A DNA stretch of 32,109 bases, taken from Chiloscyllium plagiosum (lineage: Eukaryota). The notes below the pieces were generated by a model. The model had not been told where the DNA came from and did no database searches. It saw only the letters and a program-made list of their open reading frames with translations. Shown piece by piece: positions 11,819 through 22,374 of this stretch. The stretch covers positions 9,933,606 through 9,965,714 of the forward strand of contig NC_057719.1 of NCBI RefSeq assembly GCF_004010195.1, given 5' to 3'. A program made the translations under genes and the position numbers. Each line of letters starts with the position of its first letter. The first letter of the stretch is position 1.

Positions 11819-12200
11819 CTATGTACAGAAAGAAAATGGCAGAGCCCACTCTTAGGATGTCTGGACTCCTGCCAGTTGGCCGACAGCCACCACCAAGAAG
11901 TGCAGAGGCTCGTTCTTTCATCTAAAGGCCCTACGATGGTCTGAACTAAGTACTTGGTAGAGTAAAGAGAAAAAAAAAAGGAGAGAAACTGGAAACCAAA
12001 CAAAGCAAACTAGTCGTGGTGAGGGGAAGGAAACAAAAATGGAAACAAAAGGGAAAAAAAAAGTGACTGAAGTAAGCAGTGAAATACCAACCCCATTTCC
12101 TCATTGTAAAGGTGTCGACAATGAACAAAAGAAAAAGGAGGAGGGGAAGAGGGGAACACACGGCAAACCCAAAAAAAGAGACAATAAGAATGATATCTAC

Positions 12201-12245
12201 CAGACAATGTAGTTTGTTTACCATAGCGTGTCCAATGCCTGAGTG
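12201..12245 (-). CDS. NRXN3: Neurexin splice site 2 (SS2/AS2) alternative microexon: 24-nt form 12245-12222 (HSGIGHAM) or 45-nt form 12245-12201 (HSGIGHAMVNKLHCL)
   Basis: Polypyrimidine tract then ccgcaaAG|CACTCAGGCATTGGACACGCTATG|GTAAACAAACTACATTGTCTG|GTAGAT. Both donors are phase 0 and 21 nt apart. The peptide matches the known 8/15-aa neurexin SS2 inserts and lies between NLRQ and VTISVDG. Confidence 0.93.
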
Positions 12246-12322
12246 CTTTGCGGAAAAGGGGAAGAAAGGAAATTAAAAATTGTGAACAGAACGATTGTTA
12301 CTTAAAATAAAACATGATGATA

Positions 12323-12397
12323 ATTAGGGTGTTAGTACATTAGTTGGTTAGGTAACGGTTAGTAAAATGACACATTCCATGAATGATCAGTGTTAGT
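12323..12397 (-). promoter_or_regulatory. Cluster of six CUAAY motifs (QKI/STAR response elements or distal branch points) upstream of the SS2 exon
   Basis: Minus strand: ACTAAC (12397-12392), TACTAAC (12364-12358), CCTAAC (12352-12347), ACTAAT (12344-12339), TACTAAC (12337-12331), CCTAAT (12328-12323). Confidence 0.65.
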
Positions 12398-13826
12398 TTT
12401 TCTTTTTAAAGCGTGTCATCGACATATAGAGAAGATGCAAACAAATTCTACAGGACCAAAGCAGACCAAAAAACGAGTAAAAAGGTTCTCAATAGCTCTT
12501 TTCTTTTCAATTACTTAACAATGAAATAGTGACTTTTTGTTTTGTTTTTGTCTTTGAAATAAGGAAAGGACGCTAATTTTCATACATTTGGTCACAAACA
12601 TTACCGTTACCACAATTAAGCCGAACTTTCGTGAGTCGTGAAGTGGTTGCTAAAACTGACTTTGCTTTATAGGTTGATGTCACTGAGTCATCTTCAATGT
12701 GAGTCCAATGTGAATCTTAGTGGACAGGGGGTTCTTTTGGAAAACATTACGGCCTATTTTACAACAACATTCCTCCCTTCAACAATTCTCCCAGTTACTT
12801 AAAGGTAAATGGCAAAACTCCCAACCACCCCCGTTCCTGACTGCATCAAGTATTTTTCTTTTGGTGAAGCAATGCAACATCCAAACCTATTATCAGAGAC
12901 ACTCGAGGAAGAAAAAGACAAGAAAAACACCCTACATTTAACCATTGGACAGAAATACAAGTACTGACTCTCCTTTTAAGTTCAACAGCAACACTGCCAT
13001 GCAGTAATAATAAACGGGCTTGACATCTTGAAGCGCTGCTGCTGCAGAAATCATATCAGAGTTACTAGTCCAGGGACCTTTACAGGGTGAAGTTATTATT
13101 AACAGGAGTATTCAGTCTTCCAAAGCCATCAAGAAAAGTCATGGGCCCCTGACAGAGATGTCTGCTTAAGGAAGCAAAGAATGAAGTAAAAGGGTCAACA
13201 CAAGGGCAATTAATTCACTAATCTGAGCTAAGAATGTCTCTCACATACACAGGAAATAAAACAAGAGAAAAAAACTTCAGCCAGCCACACACAACACTAG
13301 AGTTTACAAATATTCCAGCATACTAACTTACAGCCCAAAAACTAAGCCTTACTAGTAAGTTAATGAAAATGATTAAATCAACTAAATTAACAAATAATAA
13401 GAGAATGTATCACAGAACATTGAAATAAGTAGAAAAAGGGGAGCAAAAGTCAAAGCTAAAGCAAAACAGAGGGAACCAAATACAGAATAAATTAATTAAA
13501 GCCACCAGTAGTTCCAAGGATAGGACACCGAACAAACTAAATTGGGAATGAATTTTAAAGAACGGAAAATATAACAAAAGCAAGTAGGCTTGAAGGGTTA
13601 CAAAAGAAACCATCAGCATTTTTTTTTCTCTCAAGGAAGGAGGTAAAGGTTAGGTGGGATAGTGTGGGGAGGGGAAGAATAAACAGATCTGGTAGCTGCG
13701 ACCTGCATGTTGTATTTTTTTTTACGTGAACATGACCAGCTCATTGTAACGTTCCTCATCCTGCCTGTTCTTTTTTTTTTGGCTTTGTTTTCTTTGAGCA
13801 GAGTTAGCGTCCGCCTCCACTATTAC

Positions 13827-14128
13827 CTGTCGCAGATTGCGTGTCACTTTGACATCATGCCAGGCGTTGTCATTGAACTTCCCATTTACTGGTTCAACCA
13901 ACGCCTCAAAAGCGCCAGATCCCAGGTTAATGACTAGTGAAACTGCTCCATCTTTCAGTGCTAGGTTTACATAGTCAGCTGACTTCCCTGTGTGCAGGAT
14001 CAGTCCGTTCCGCTGCCAGGTCTTGAAGGACAAAGTGATCTCATCGCTGCTGCTCTGGATAGGGTTCTGGGATAGGTCGTAACAGAAGTACTCAGATCCT
14101 CGGAATGTTGCAGAGTTGTCTTCCCTGG
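13827..14128 (-). CDS. NRXN3: Alpha-neurexin coding exon (302 nt), N-terminal part of LNS/laminin-G domain 2
   Basis: Acceptor cttgctacacAG|CCAGGGAAG and donor CGACAG|GTAATA; phase 1 to phase 0. Translates (A)[118 protein letters not shown] and LKDGAV match NRXN3 as I recall it (NRXN1 has GKEE..ATFKG, KTLQRNGLML, LKNGAV). Confidence 0.95.
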
Positions 14129-14549
14129 CTGTGTAGCAAGAGGGAGAATAAAACAGAGAAAAAACAAAATGGATGTTACTTATTTGGGAAAACTAACAGC
14201 AATAGCAATGCTCAGAAAAGGTGATATCAGCACCAACAAATTATCATTCAAACATACCAAGTTAGAATACATACAAGCTGGAAAACAAAAATAAATGCAA
14301 TCACAAATATGTTTTGCTTCAAATTTCCTGGAATTCAGTGAGTTACATTTCTCTCAGCACTCTGCCCTCTGATCATCCAGGTGAACAATAACAGGGCTAG
14401 GAATTGAACCCATTTTCCACTGTGTTCACGTGCTATTAGCCATTGAACATTTCCAAAGTTTATACAGGATAGATTTTACAGAGAGAAAAGTTTCTTTAAT
14501 CACCCTGCAATCCAACAACACCTCTCAAACTTCACAATCTCCACTTTTT

Positions 14550-15990
14550 TAAAAATCATTTGTTGCTGGGATATGGCTGTCGCTGGCCAGTATTGACTGC
14601 CCATTCCTAATTACCCTTAGGTGGGGAGCTGCCTTCCTGAAATGTTGCAGTTCATGGAGTTGGTACTGGCCTGTTACCAAGGGAGGTACAGAATAATTAT
14701 GCAGTGGTAGCGAAGGATATATTTCCAAGTCAGAATGGTGATAGATGCAGAACTGGCTGGAAGGTAGAAGACAGAGGGTGGTGGTGGAGAGTTGCTTTTC
14801 AGACAGGAGGCCTGTGACCAGTGGAAAACCACAACAATCTGGTAAAATTTGAATTTGACAGAAATATGGAATTCAAAGATAGTCTTATGAATACCATGTA
14901 ATTTCTGTCAATTGCCATAAAACCCCAGTTTGTTCAGTAATACCCTTTAGGGATGGAAATCTGCCATTCTAACCTGGTCTGGCTGACATGTGACACCAGA
15001 CCCACAGCAATGTGGTTAACTCTTAACTGCCCTCAGAAATGGTCTAGCATGCCAGTCAGTACAAGGATGCAATTAAGGAAGGGCAATAAATGCTAGTCCA
15101 ATCAGTGATGCCCACATTCCATGGGAGAATAATAAAGAAAGAGCTTCAATTTTGTCTGGGATCCTGAATGATCCGTCAGTCAAAAGCTGCCTTGATGGCA
15201 TTCACTCACATCTCACCTCTCAAGCTTAACTCTTTTATTCATGTTTGTAATGAGATCAGGAGCTGAAAGGTCCTGGTAGAATCCAAACTGGGTGTCAATA
15301 AAGCTGTTCATTCCTTTGCAAGTGCTGCTTGATGGCTCTGCTGACAACACTTCTTTGCTGGAAACTGACAATGGACTTACTTTGGTAGTAGTTGGTCAGG
15401 TTGGGCATGTCCTGCTTTTTGTGGGCAGAACATATCTGGGCAATTTTCCACATTGTCAGTTAGATGTGACTGTACTGGAATAGCTTGGCTGGGGGAGTGA
15501 GGAGAGTGGGCACAGTTAGATTTACAGCAAAGGTCTTCTATACCATTGCTAGAATATTGCCAAGACCCATAGCCTTTGTAGTCTCCAGTGTCTTCAGCCA
15601 CTTCTTACAATCACATGAAATGAAATGAATTGGTTGAAGACTGGCATCTGTGATGCTGGGGACCTACAGAGTGAGGACTGATTGGATCATCCACTTGCAA
15701 CCATTCCAGCTTTATCTCTTGTTCTGATGGTCTGAACTCCCCTATTAGGGGTATATCCATTGGTTGGGAAAAGACAGCTGGTGCATGAGGTCATCAGTTC
15801 CTCGAAGAGTTGCACTCTATCACATACCACCCTTAATTAAATAGAAATGGGCATCCCAGCATTGTGGCTGGGTCAAAATCATGTAATATTCTCCCTCAAG
15901 TTCCTTTTGGGTTTCATCATGATGGGGCTCACCAACAGCATCTTAAGGACAATCAATGATGCACAACAAGTGTTTGACTTTGTTAATGAC
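14550..15990. mobile_element. Nested repeat cluster: LINE tail (-) 14550-14740, CR1 RT piece (+) 14745-14825, SINE (+) 14845-15130, LINE RT region (-) 15140-15750, LINE tail (+) 15860-15990
   Basis: Recurrent family motifs: ctggctggaaggtagaagacagagggtggtggtgg (WL..RRQRVVV); agggatggaaatctgccattctaacctggtctggc; ggcaattttccacattgtc. Confidence 0.7.
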
Positions 15991-16424
15991 ACCTACAACC
16001 TGAGACTGATGGTTGTCTTCAAATATCACCTTAGTGTGAGACTTCTATCATCCAAAACAATCATTGTCACAGGCCACCTATGACCTTCAATTTTGCACAG
16101 ATATGTAACAGATTTTATTATTACATATCATTTATGAGATAGAAGCACAGTCATTAACGACTGAACTGAGACTGACAAAGCAAACTTTTTTCGGAGTGAG
16201 AGAGGAAAGTCTCCATCTGGATGGAAAACACTAGTGTTCCAACCTGTGCAAAGCAGCACAGACTGCTGTGATGTTCAATTAGCTACTAAGTCATCATCAA
16301 AAACCATGCCGAGTAATCTATAGGCTATGTGCAAAATAATTGGAGGTAATTTTACTGACGCCTTTCACTTGTTTGAACACATGGGAGGGGAGGAATTGTG
16401 TCGCATGTAAAACAAGGCAGATGT

Positions 16425-17095
16425 CCAGCCCAGCATCAGATCCCAGACGTACCCAGAAACCCTAGCCACTCTCCCCTATATCAAAGAAATGTCTGCATGA
16501 CTACTCAGACCCCTTAGCATCATGGTAGCCCACAAACCCACCAACACACTAAAACAGCAACTAATGAACTTGAAAGACCCTATACAGATAACAAGCAAAA
16601 ATTACAAAATACTGTGCAAAGACGGTAACAAACACTATATTGGACAAATAGGCAGAAAACTAGCCACCAGGATACACCAGGAACACCAACTAGCCACAAA
16701 AAGAAATGACCCTCTATCATTAGTATCCTCACATATGGAGGAGGTAGGACACCACTTTGGCTGGGACAACACATCCATCCTAGGACAAGCCAAACAAAGA
16801 CACGCACAATAATTCCTAGAAGCATGGCATTCCAACCGGAACTCTATCAACAAACACATCGAGTTAGACCCCATCTACCACCCCTTGAGAAAAGGAACAG
16901 GAAATGACTTCACCACAGGAAATAACATCACCACAGGAAATGGCATCATCAACCCAAAGAAAACCAAACTATAAATAGAAAGCAGGAATTTTCAGCATTG
17001 TTTTGCCTGAGGCCCACTGAAGATGTTACCTAGTAAGGTAACGAAATGTCTGGAAATGAACCTTGCAGCTCAGAGAGCAAACCTATATCCAAAAT
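16425..17095 (+). mobile_element. Penelope-like element, GIY-YIG endonuclease region and terminal repeat
   Basis: LPYIKE ... YKILCKDGNKHYIGQIGRKLATRIHQEH...HHFGWDNTSILGQAKQRHAQ*FLEAWHS is a GIY-YIG domain with a stop; followed by a hammerhead motif. Confidence 0.9.
17014..17053 (+). ncRNA. Minimal type I hammerhead ribozyme motif
   Basis: CCA-CTGAAGA-T-GTTACC/TAGTAA/GGTAAC-GAAA-TGTC-TGG: perfect 6-bp stem II and 3-bp stem I; ACGT changed to ATGT (CpG-type) in stem III. Confidence 0.7.
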
Positions 17096-17446
17096 CAGAT
17101 CCCAGATCCCATTTTCTCTTTTGATACTGTTAGAACCCCAGCTGACGGTTACACTGGACAAGTCAGATCCCACGGTGAGATCTGGTTTGATAGGTCCTCC
17201 ACTGGGTATTCTCGATCTTTGTACACTGTAGTAGTCAGTCACTGAATATATCTACAAGAGTCTGCCAATGCAATTCTAACAAAATTATATCAGGTTTCTT
17301 AGACAGAAAAAGGAAAAAAGATCTATATTATTATAATGAAGAATGTTTTGCAATGGTTTTGTTACAAATGTCAGAAAGAAAGTTTCATCCCTTTTACTCT
17401 CTGCAATAACCTTAGAAACATTGAAAGATCAGTGAAAGATCAACCT

Positions 17447-17862
17447 TTAGAGTCATAGAGATGCACAGCATGGAAACAGACCCTTGCCCATGCCAACCAG
17501 ACATCTAGTCCCATTTGCCAGCACTTGGTCCATATCACTCTAAACCCTTCCTATTCATGTACGCATCCAGATGTCTTTAAAATATTGTGATTGTACCAGC
17601 CTCCACCATTTCCTCTGGAAGCTCGTTTCATACATGCACCACCCGCTGCATGAAAAGGTTGTCCCACAGGTACTTTTAAAATCTTTCCCCTCTCATCTTA
17701 AACCTACATCCTCTAGTTTTAGATTCCCCTACCCTGAGAAAAATACCTTTTCTACATACCCTATCCATGCCCCTCATGATTTTATAAACTTCTATGAGGT
17801 CACATCTCAGCCTTCGATGCCCCAGGGAAAATAGCCCCAGCCTATTCAGCCTCTCCCTGTCG
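17447..17862 (-). mobile_element. CR1/HER1 3' fragment
   Basis: Minus ORF ERLNRLGLFSLGHRRLRCDLIEVYKIMRGMDRV; tail tagagtcatagagatg. Confidence 0.9.
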
Positions 17863-18268
17863 CTCAATTTAAAGTTCAAAGTTTCTTGTTTCGTTGCCAT
17901 GACTCAGGAGCTTTCTTCTTACTGTCTTTTAAAAACTTTCAGACGAAACACACGGGTTTTCCGTTACCTCAGCTTCTAGCGTTCATCTGCTTCTGGAACT
18001 GTTTTCTAAGCTACTTAAGACTTTTGTCCCCAGCCCTAGCTGCTTTGGAGAACATTATATTAACAGAGCCCTTCCACTCTGATTGAATCTGCACACAATG
18101 TCTGACCTTCTAGATGGTTCTGTCTCTCTGTGATACCGGACTTCAACACAAGAGGAGGCAAAGGCAGTTTTTCTATTCTTATTTCTAATGTACTTTACTG
18201 TTCACTACAAGCTTCAAGGCTGTAAAATCCCATGAAATATGCATATTAGTAAATGCTCAGATATCCCT

Positions 18269-18707
18269 TGTAGTGATTGTAACGAGGTCAGTCAGCTGGA
18301 CTTCATAGAGGGCAAAAGTGAGGACTGCAGATGCTGGAAATCAGAGTCAATATTAGAGTGGTGCTGGAAAACCACATCAGGTCACGCAGCATCCGAGGAG
18401 CAGGAAAATCGATGTTTCAGGCAAAAGCCCTTCATCAGGAATCCAAATGCCCGACACATTGACTTTCCTGCTCCTTTGATGCTGCCTGACCTGCTGCGAT
18501 TTTCCAGCACCACTCTAATCCGGACTTCATAGAATATGAGTTCCCTGATTGGGGCTGTTAACCTGGTTCAATCAGGGCGCCCTGACTGACAAATATAAAC
18601 AGGAGTGTCAGACATCCTGCCACTCTGAGGATCAGTGTCAAGGACTCTCCATATATGAATAAAGGCTGACTTGGTGACAGGATACTGGCCTCTGTGGAGC
18701 TATTTTA
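18269..18707 (+). mobile_element. Solo LTR with a nested palindromic element
   Basis: Starts TGTAGTGA; TATAAA at ~18594; AATAAA at ~18658; ends TATTTTA. A paralogue lies inverted at 21661-21893. Confidence 0.65.
18310..18521. mobile_element. Palindromic Penelope-derived element with a 12-bp target-site duplication and a minus-strand hammerhead motif
   Basis: Inverted arms at ~18354-18422 and ~18448-18517; direct repeat ggacttcataga at 18298-18309 and 18522-18533; minus strand 18440-18409 reads TC-CTGATGA-A-GGGC/TTTT/GCCT-GAAA-CATC-GA. Confidence 0.8.
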
Positions 18708-19019
18708 TCCTGTACCACTCACAGAGCCCAACAAATAAAGTAAAAACATGTCCTTCCCTTCAGACTTAGTTCTATCCCTCATTTCTCCACTTTAGAATCA
18801 GGTTTCCAAATAATAATGGAAATGAATCATTAATGTTCATCGCAGTATCAAGGGCTCTGCATGCACAACAAAAAGGAAAAAGTGGGCCTAACTATATTTC
18901 AATGACTGTAATATTCTAATGTGCAGGTACTGTACAAGTTCGGGAATTCCTTGTGAGTCTCTCGTTTCTATATATATTCATTATCTCTGATAGAGCATCT
19001 GAACATCAGATTTTTAAAA

Positions 19020-19650
19020 ATTCACTCGAGGGAATTGTGAATCGCTGGATGGGTCAGAATTTATTTGTCCCTAATTGCTCTTGGGAAGGTGGCTATGAAC
19101 CGCCTTATTGAATCCCTACAGTCCACATTGTGTAATTACTCCCACAATGTTGTTAGGGATAGAATTCCAGGATTTTTACCCAGCAACAGTGAATGAATAG
19201 CAATATATGTCAAAGTTAGGATGGTGAGTGGCTTGGAAGAGAATTTGCAGGTGGGGGGTGTTCCCATGTATTCCATGGGATTACTGTTGGCCTGGACTGA
19301 TTGGACCGAAGGGTCTGTTTCTGTGCTGTATGACTCTATGACTATGGGCTAGTTGGACCAAAGGGTCTGTTTCTGTGCTGTATGACTCTATGACCATGGA
19401 CTGGTTGGACCAAAGGGTCTGTTTCTGTGCTGAATGACTCTATGACCATGGACTGGTTGTACCAAAGGGTCTGTTTCTGTGCTGTATGACTCTATGACCA
19501 TGGACTGGTTGGACCAAAGGGTCTATTTCTGTGCTGTATGACTCTATGACTATGACTCTACCTGCTGTCCTTATCCTTCCGAATGGAGGTGGCCGTGGGT
19601 TAGGAAGGTGCTACCTTAGGATCTTTGAAAAATTTCTACACAACATAGAT
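19020..19650 (-). mobile_element. Second LINE family 3' end, interrupted by a tandem array
   Basis: aggatggtgagtggcttggaagagaatttgcaggtgg...ttcccatgtat; resumes at cctgctgtccttatccttc (19561). Confidence 0.75.
19293..19560 (+). repeat. Tandem array of five 52-bp units derived from the CR1/HER1 3' terminus
   Basis: gggtct recurs at 19311, 19363, 19415, 19467 and 19519; unit tggactggttggaccaaagggtctgtttctgtgctgtatgactctatgacca. Confidence 0.95.
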
Positions 19651-21037
19651 GTTCCTGTTACATACACATCAGAAGCATAAATCATTGGAACAACCAAAAA
19701 ATTGTTCTACTCTTAATCGCAACTTGTTTGTATCATTTAAAACAAATTGAAAAGATTATAGTGTGTATTAGGGAGAATTTTCTTCAACGTAATTACAGTA
19801 ACATACATTACCAATTAAAAGTACACCTGTTTACATGGTAGGGGTGGTTTAGGTTATAAATAGACAAATTAATTGGGCTGAACTTGCTTCAGAAGATGAT
19901 GGGAGTAGCAGCATTCAATGAATAATGTCTCCCAAACATGTTAATGTCTATTTCAAAGCCTGAAATGTCACACTATATAGGGGTGGGTGGATGTTATGCA
20001 ATTTATTCTAACCTGTTCAGACGGGTCAGCTTTGACTAAACAAGATGCATTCATTGTGCTCATGGATCAATAAGTCCCTTCCTGTGCACATTCAGTTTCC
20101 TACAAGTGGACTGTCACTGTCATCACAGTTTGACTGTCATCAGTCTGTCACTGCCAATGTATCAAACTCCTGGGGTTCCACTCCGAGCAGCAGCACGGGT
20201 GAGATGAAACAGGGTGGAAGGGGCTCAGAACGACCATAAACTCTGGAGCCCTGTTGGACTGACTGCCTTGTTTCCCTACTGCAAATACTTCTCCAGCAGT
20301 CATGCAATGTACAAACATTCAGTGGTTTCTCCACATATCGAAGTGAGGTAATTTTAAGAATTAGGTGACAATTCGCTTTTAGTTTTGCAAAGCAACAAAT
20401 CAGCTAAAAGATTAATTCCAAACTGCCCATCAAAACTGTCTGTCAGAACCAAATGACTTGGGCCACTTACTGAAATCTTAAGTTCCTCTTTCAAAGAAAG
20501 AACAAGCCAGTCTGTGATGTTGCACTGGGAATCCAGGTTGTCAGTTGCACAAATTGACACAGAAACCTTGCCTTGCCAATGTACTCATATAATAATGAAC
20601 ATCACATTGCTTGATCTTCTTTGTAATACAAATCAGGCTGAGGAAGTGTGGCGCAGTGTCTTATTAATGTCAGTTTCATGTGGCAACTACTAGATCAGAA
20701 ATCAGAAATGTTTCATAAAGGGACTTCATCTCTTAATCTTAAAGGAAGCAGTAGAGGCATGCTGCCAGTTTGTACATGCAAAAAGACTTCCATTCTTCTT
20801 CAGTTAATCAAACAAACTGCAGATGCTATTCACTGTATAACATTATCTTCTGCAAAACTCCCAAGGCAAATTCTGTGCCAATATTAACTGCAGGTTTGAA
20901 TGTCAGCCTTTATTTTCCTTCAGAACACCCAAGCACTATATGTGGTGTAATAAAACTTTACTAATCAAACACCAGGAGAAAGATCGGTCAGGATTTGTCA
21001 TTAGATAGTCATAGAATCACGAGAGACAGAGAAGGAA

Positions 21038-21058
21038 AGAGAGAGAGAGAGAGAGAGA
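21038..21058 (+). repeat. (AG)n microsatellite
   Basis: About 10 AG units. Confidence 0.85.
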
Positions 21059-21660
21059 TCACTCTGTCCATTATTTCCTTCCAAAGCATCCTAAGCTGTG
21101 CATGGTATTCCAGCTAAGATCCAGTGGTATGTTCCCAGATGAACACTCCTGACACTTTTTGGTATTTGTCGCCACTACCAGTACATGATACTGGGTATGG
21201 GCTGTTTGAGGTAGTTTGTTGATGCCAATCCTGCTTTATCTTGGGCCTGTCTGGTGACTAGTAAATCTGCAGAAGAGACAACATTTCTATATAACAATAT
21301 ATATTCCTCTATATATTTCTATATTCACTGTACAATAGCAATATGTACAGCTACATTTGATCAGGCATAATGACTCGGGCCTTGGGAAGCTGATGCAGAT
21401 AGACATGTGCCCTCCAAAACTGCAGTAGACACACACAGATCTAATAGAATAGGTGGAGCTAATTTAACATAAACATTAACTCTATTTAGTTCCACTAATG
21501 TGGACAGCCCATAAGGTAAATGGTAGAGCACAGCTTTTGTATTCAGCACCCAGATTTAATAAAACTAGGTAGTCCCACACAGTTTCTTTACTGCCTTTCC
21601 ATCTCCCCTACATTTTCAAGGAGTTGTGAGAGCGCCCCCAACTTTTCTTGTGCCCACAAC

Positions 21661-21893
21661 TGAAATAACCCTTCAGAGATCAGCAACCCATCACCAATCA
21701 CAATTTATTCACAAATGTATAACCTTTGACAATAGCACTGCCTCTCATTAAGTCCGGCATTCAGTGTCTTAATATCCCCAACAATCACTCTTTTATGTCA
21801 GCTAGGGTTCCCTGATTGGATTAGTTTAACAGTAACAGTCAGGGATTTCATATTCCATGAGGCCCTGCTGGCTGACCTCATTACTATCCTCGA
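21661..21893 (-). mobile_element. Solo LTR, same family as 18269-18707
   Basis: Reverse strand reads gtaatgaggtcagccagcagggcctcatggaatatgaaatccctga...ccaatcaggg...tgaataaa...ttatttca. Confidence 0.6.
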
Positions 21894-22374
21894 AACAGTA
21901 CCAATCCAAACTCAGGACCACTGTCATACGAAGGCAGCAGATACAAGAGAAGACCATCACCTACCCATCTCTCTCCAAAGTTTGCAACTGTACTCCTAGG
22001 TCTGGATTGTTAATGTAATACAAGAAAGGCAATGATCCAAGTACCAACCCTGGATGGAGAGTGATGGAGGTATTGAGATGCAGAATAGAGGGGCACAGCA
22101 AACTTCCCCTTCCAGTCAGAAAAATAGCTAGTCACCATCATTCTCCATCACAAATCCCTCAGTTAGTTACTCAGAATTTTTGGGCCTAGTCTCCCCTTTT
22201 AATAAAGTCTTACAAATTAAACTTTTCAAGTATTTATCCAATTACCTTTTTGAGAGTTATTGTTGAATCTATTTCCACTGCTCTTTCAGGCAGTGCATTC
22301 CATACAAACCGTGTGAATTAGAAGCAAGAGGAGGCCATTCAGCCCATCAAGCCTGCTTCACCATTCATACAGGC

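Noticed and set aside
13722..13826. C-terminal extension of the ORF after NLRQ (VIVEADANS...)
   Set aside because: Read-through past a canonical CAG|GTAATA donor into A-rich intron; no neurexin similarity.
19293..19560. CRISPR-like regularly spaced repeats
   Set aside because: Units are contiguous with no unique spacers, they match the CR1 3' end, and the context is a vertebrate intron with no cas genes.
20045..20334. Exon-like composition and short ORFs on both strands
   Set aside because: No recognisable protein family or paired splice sites.
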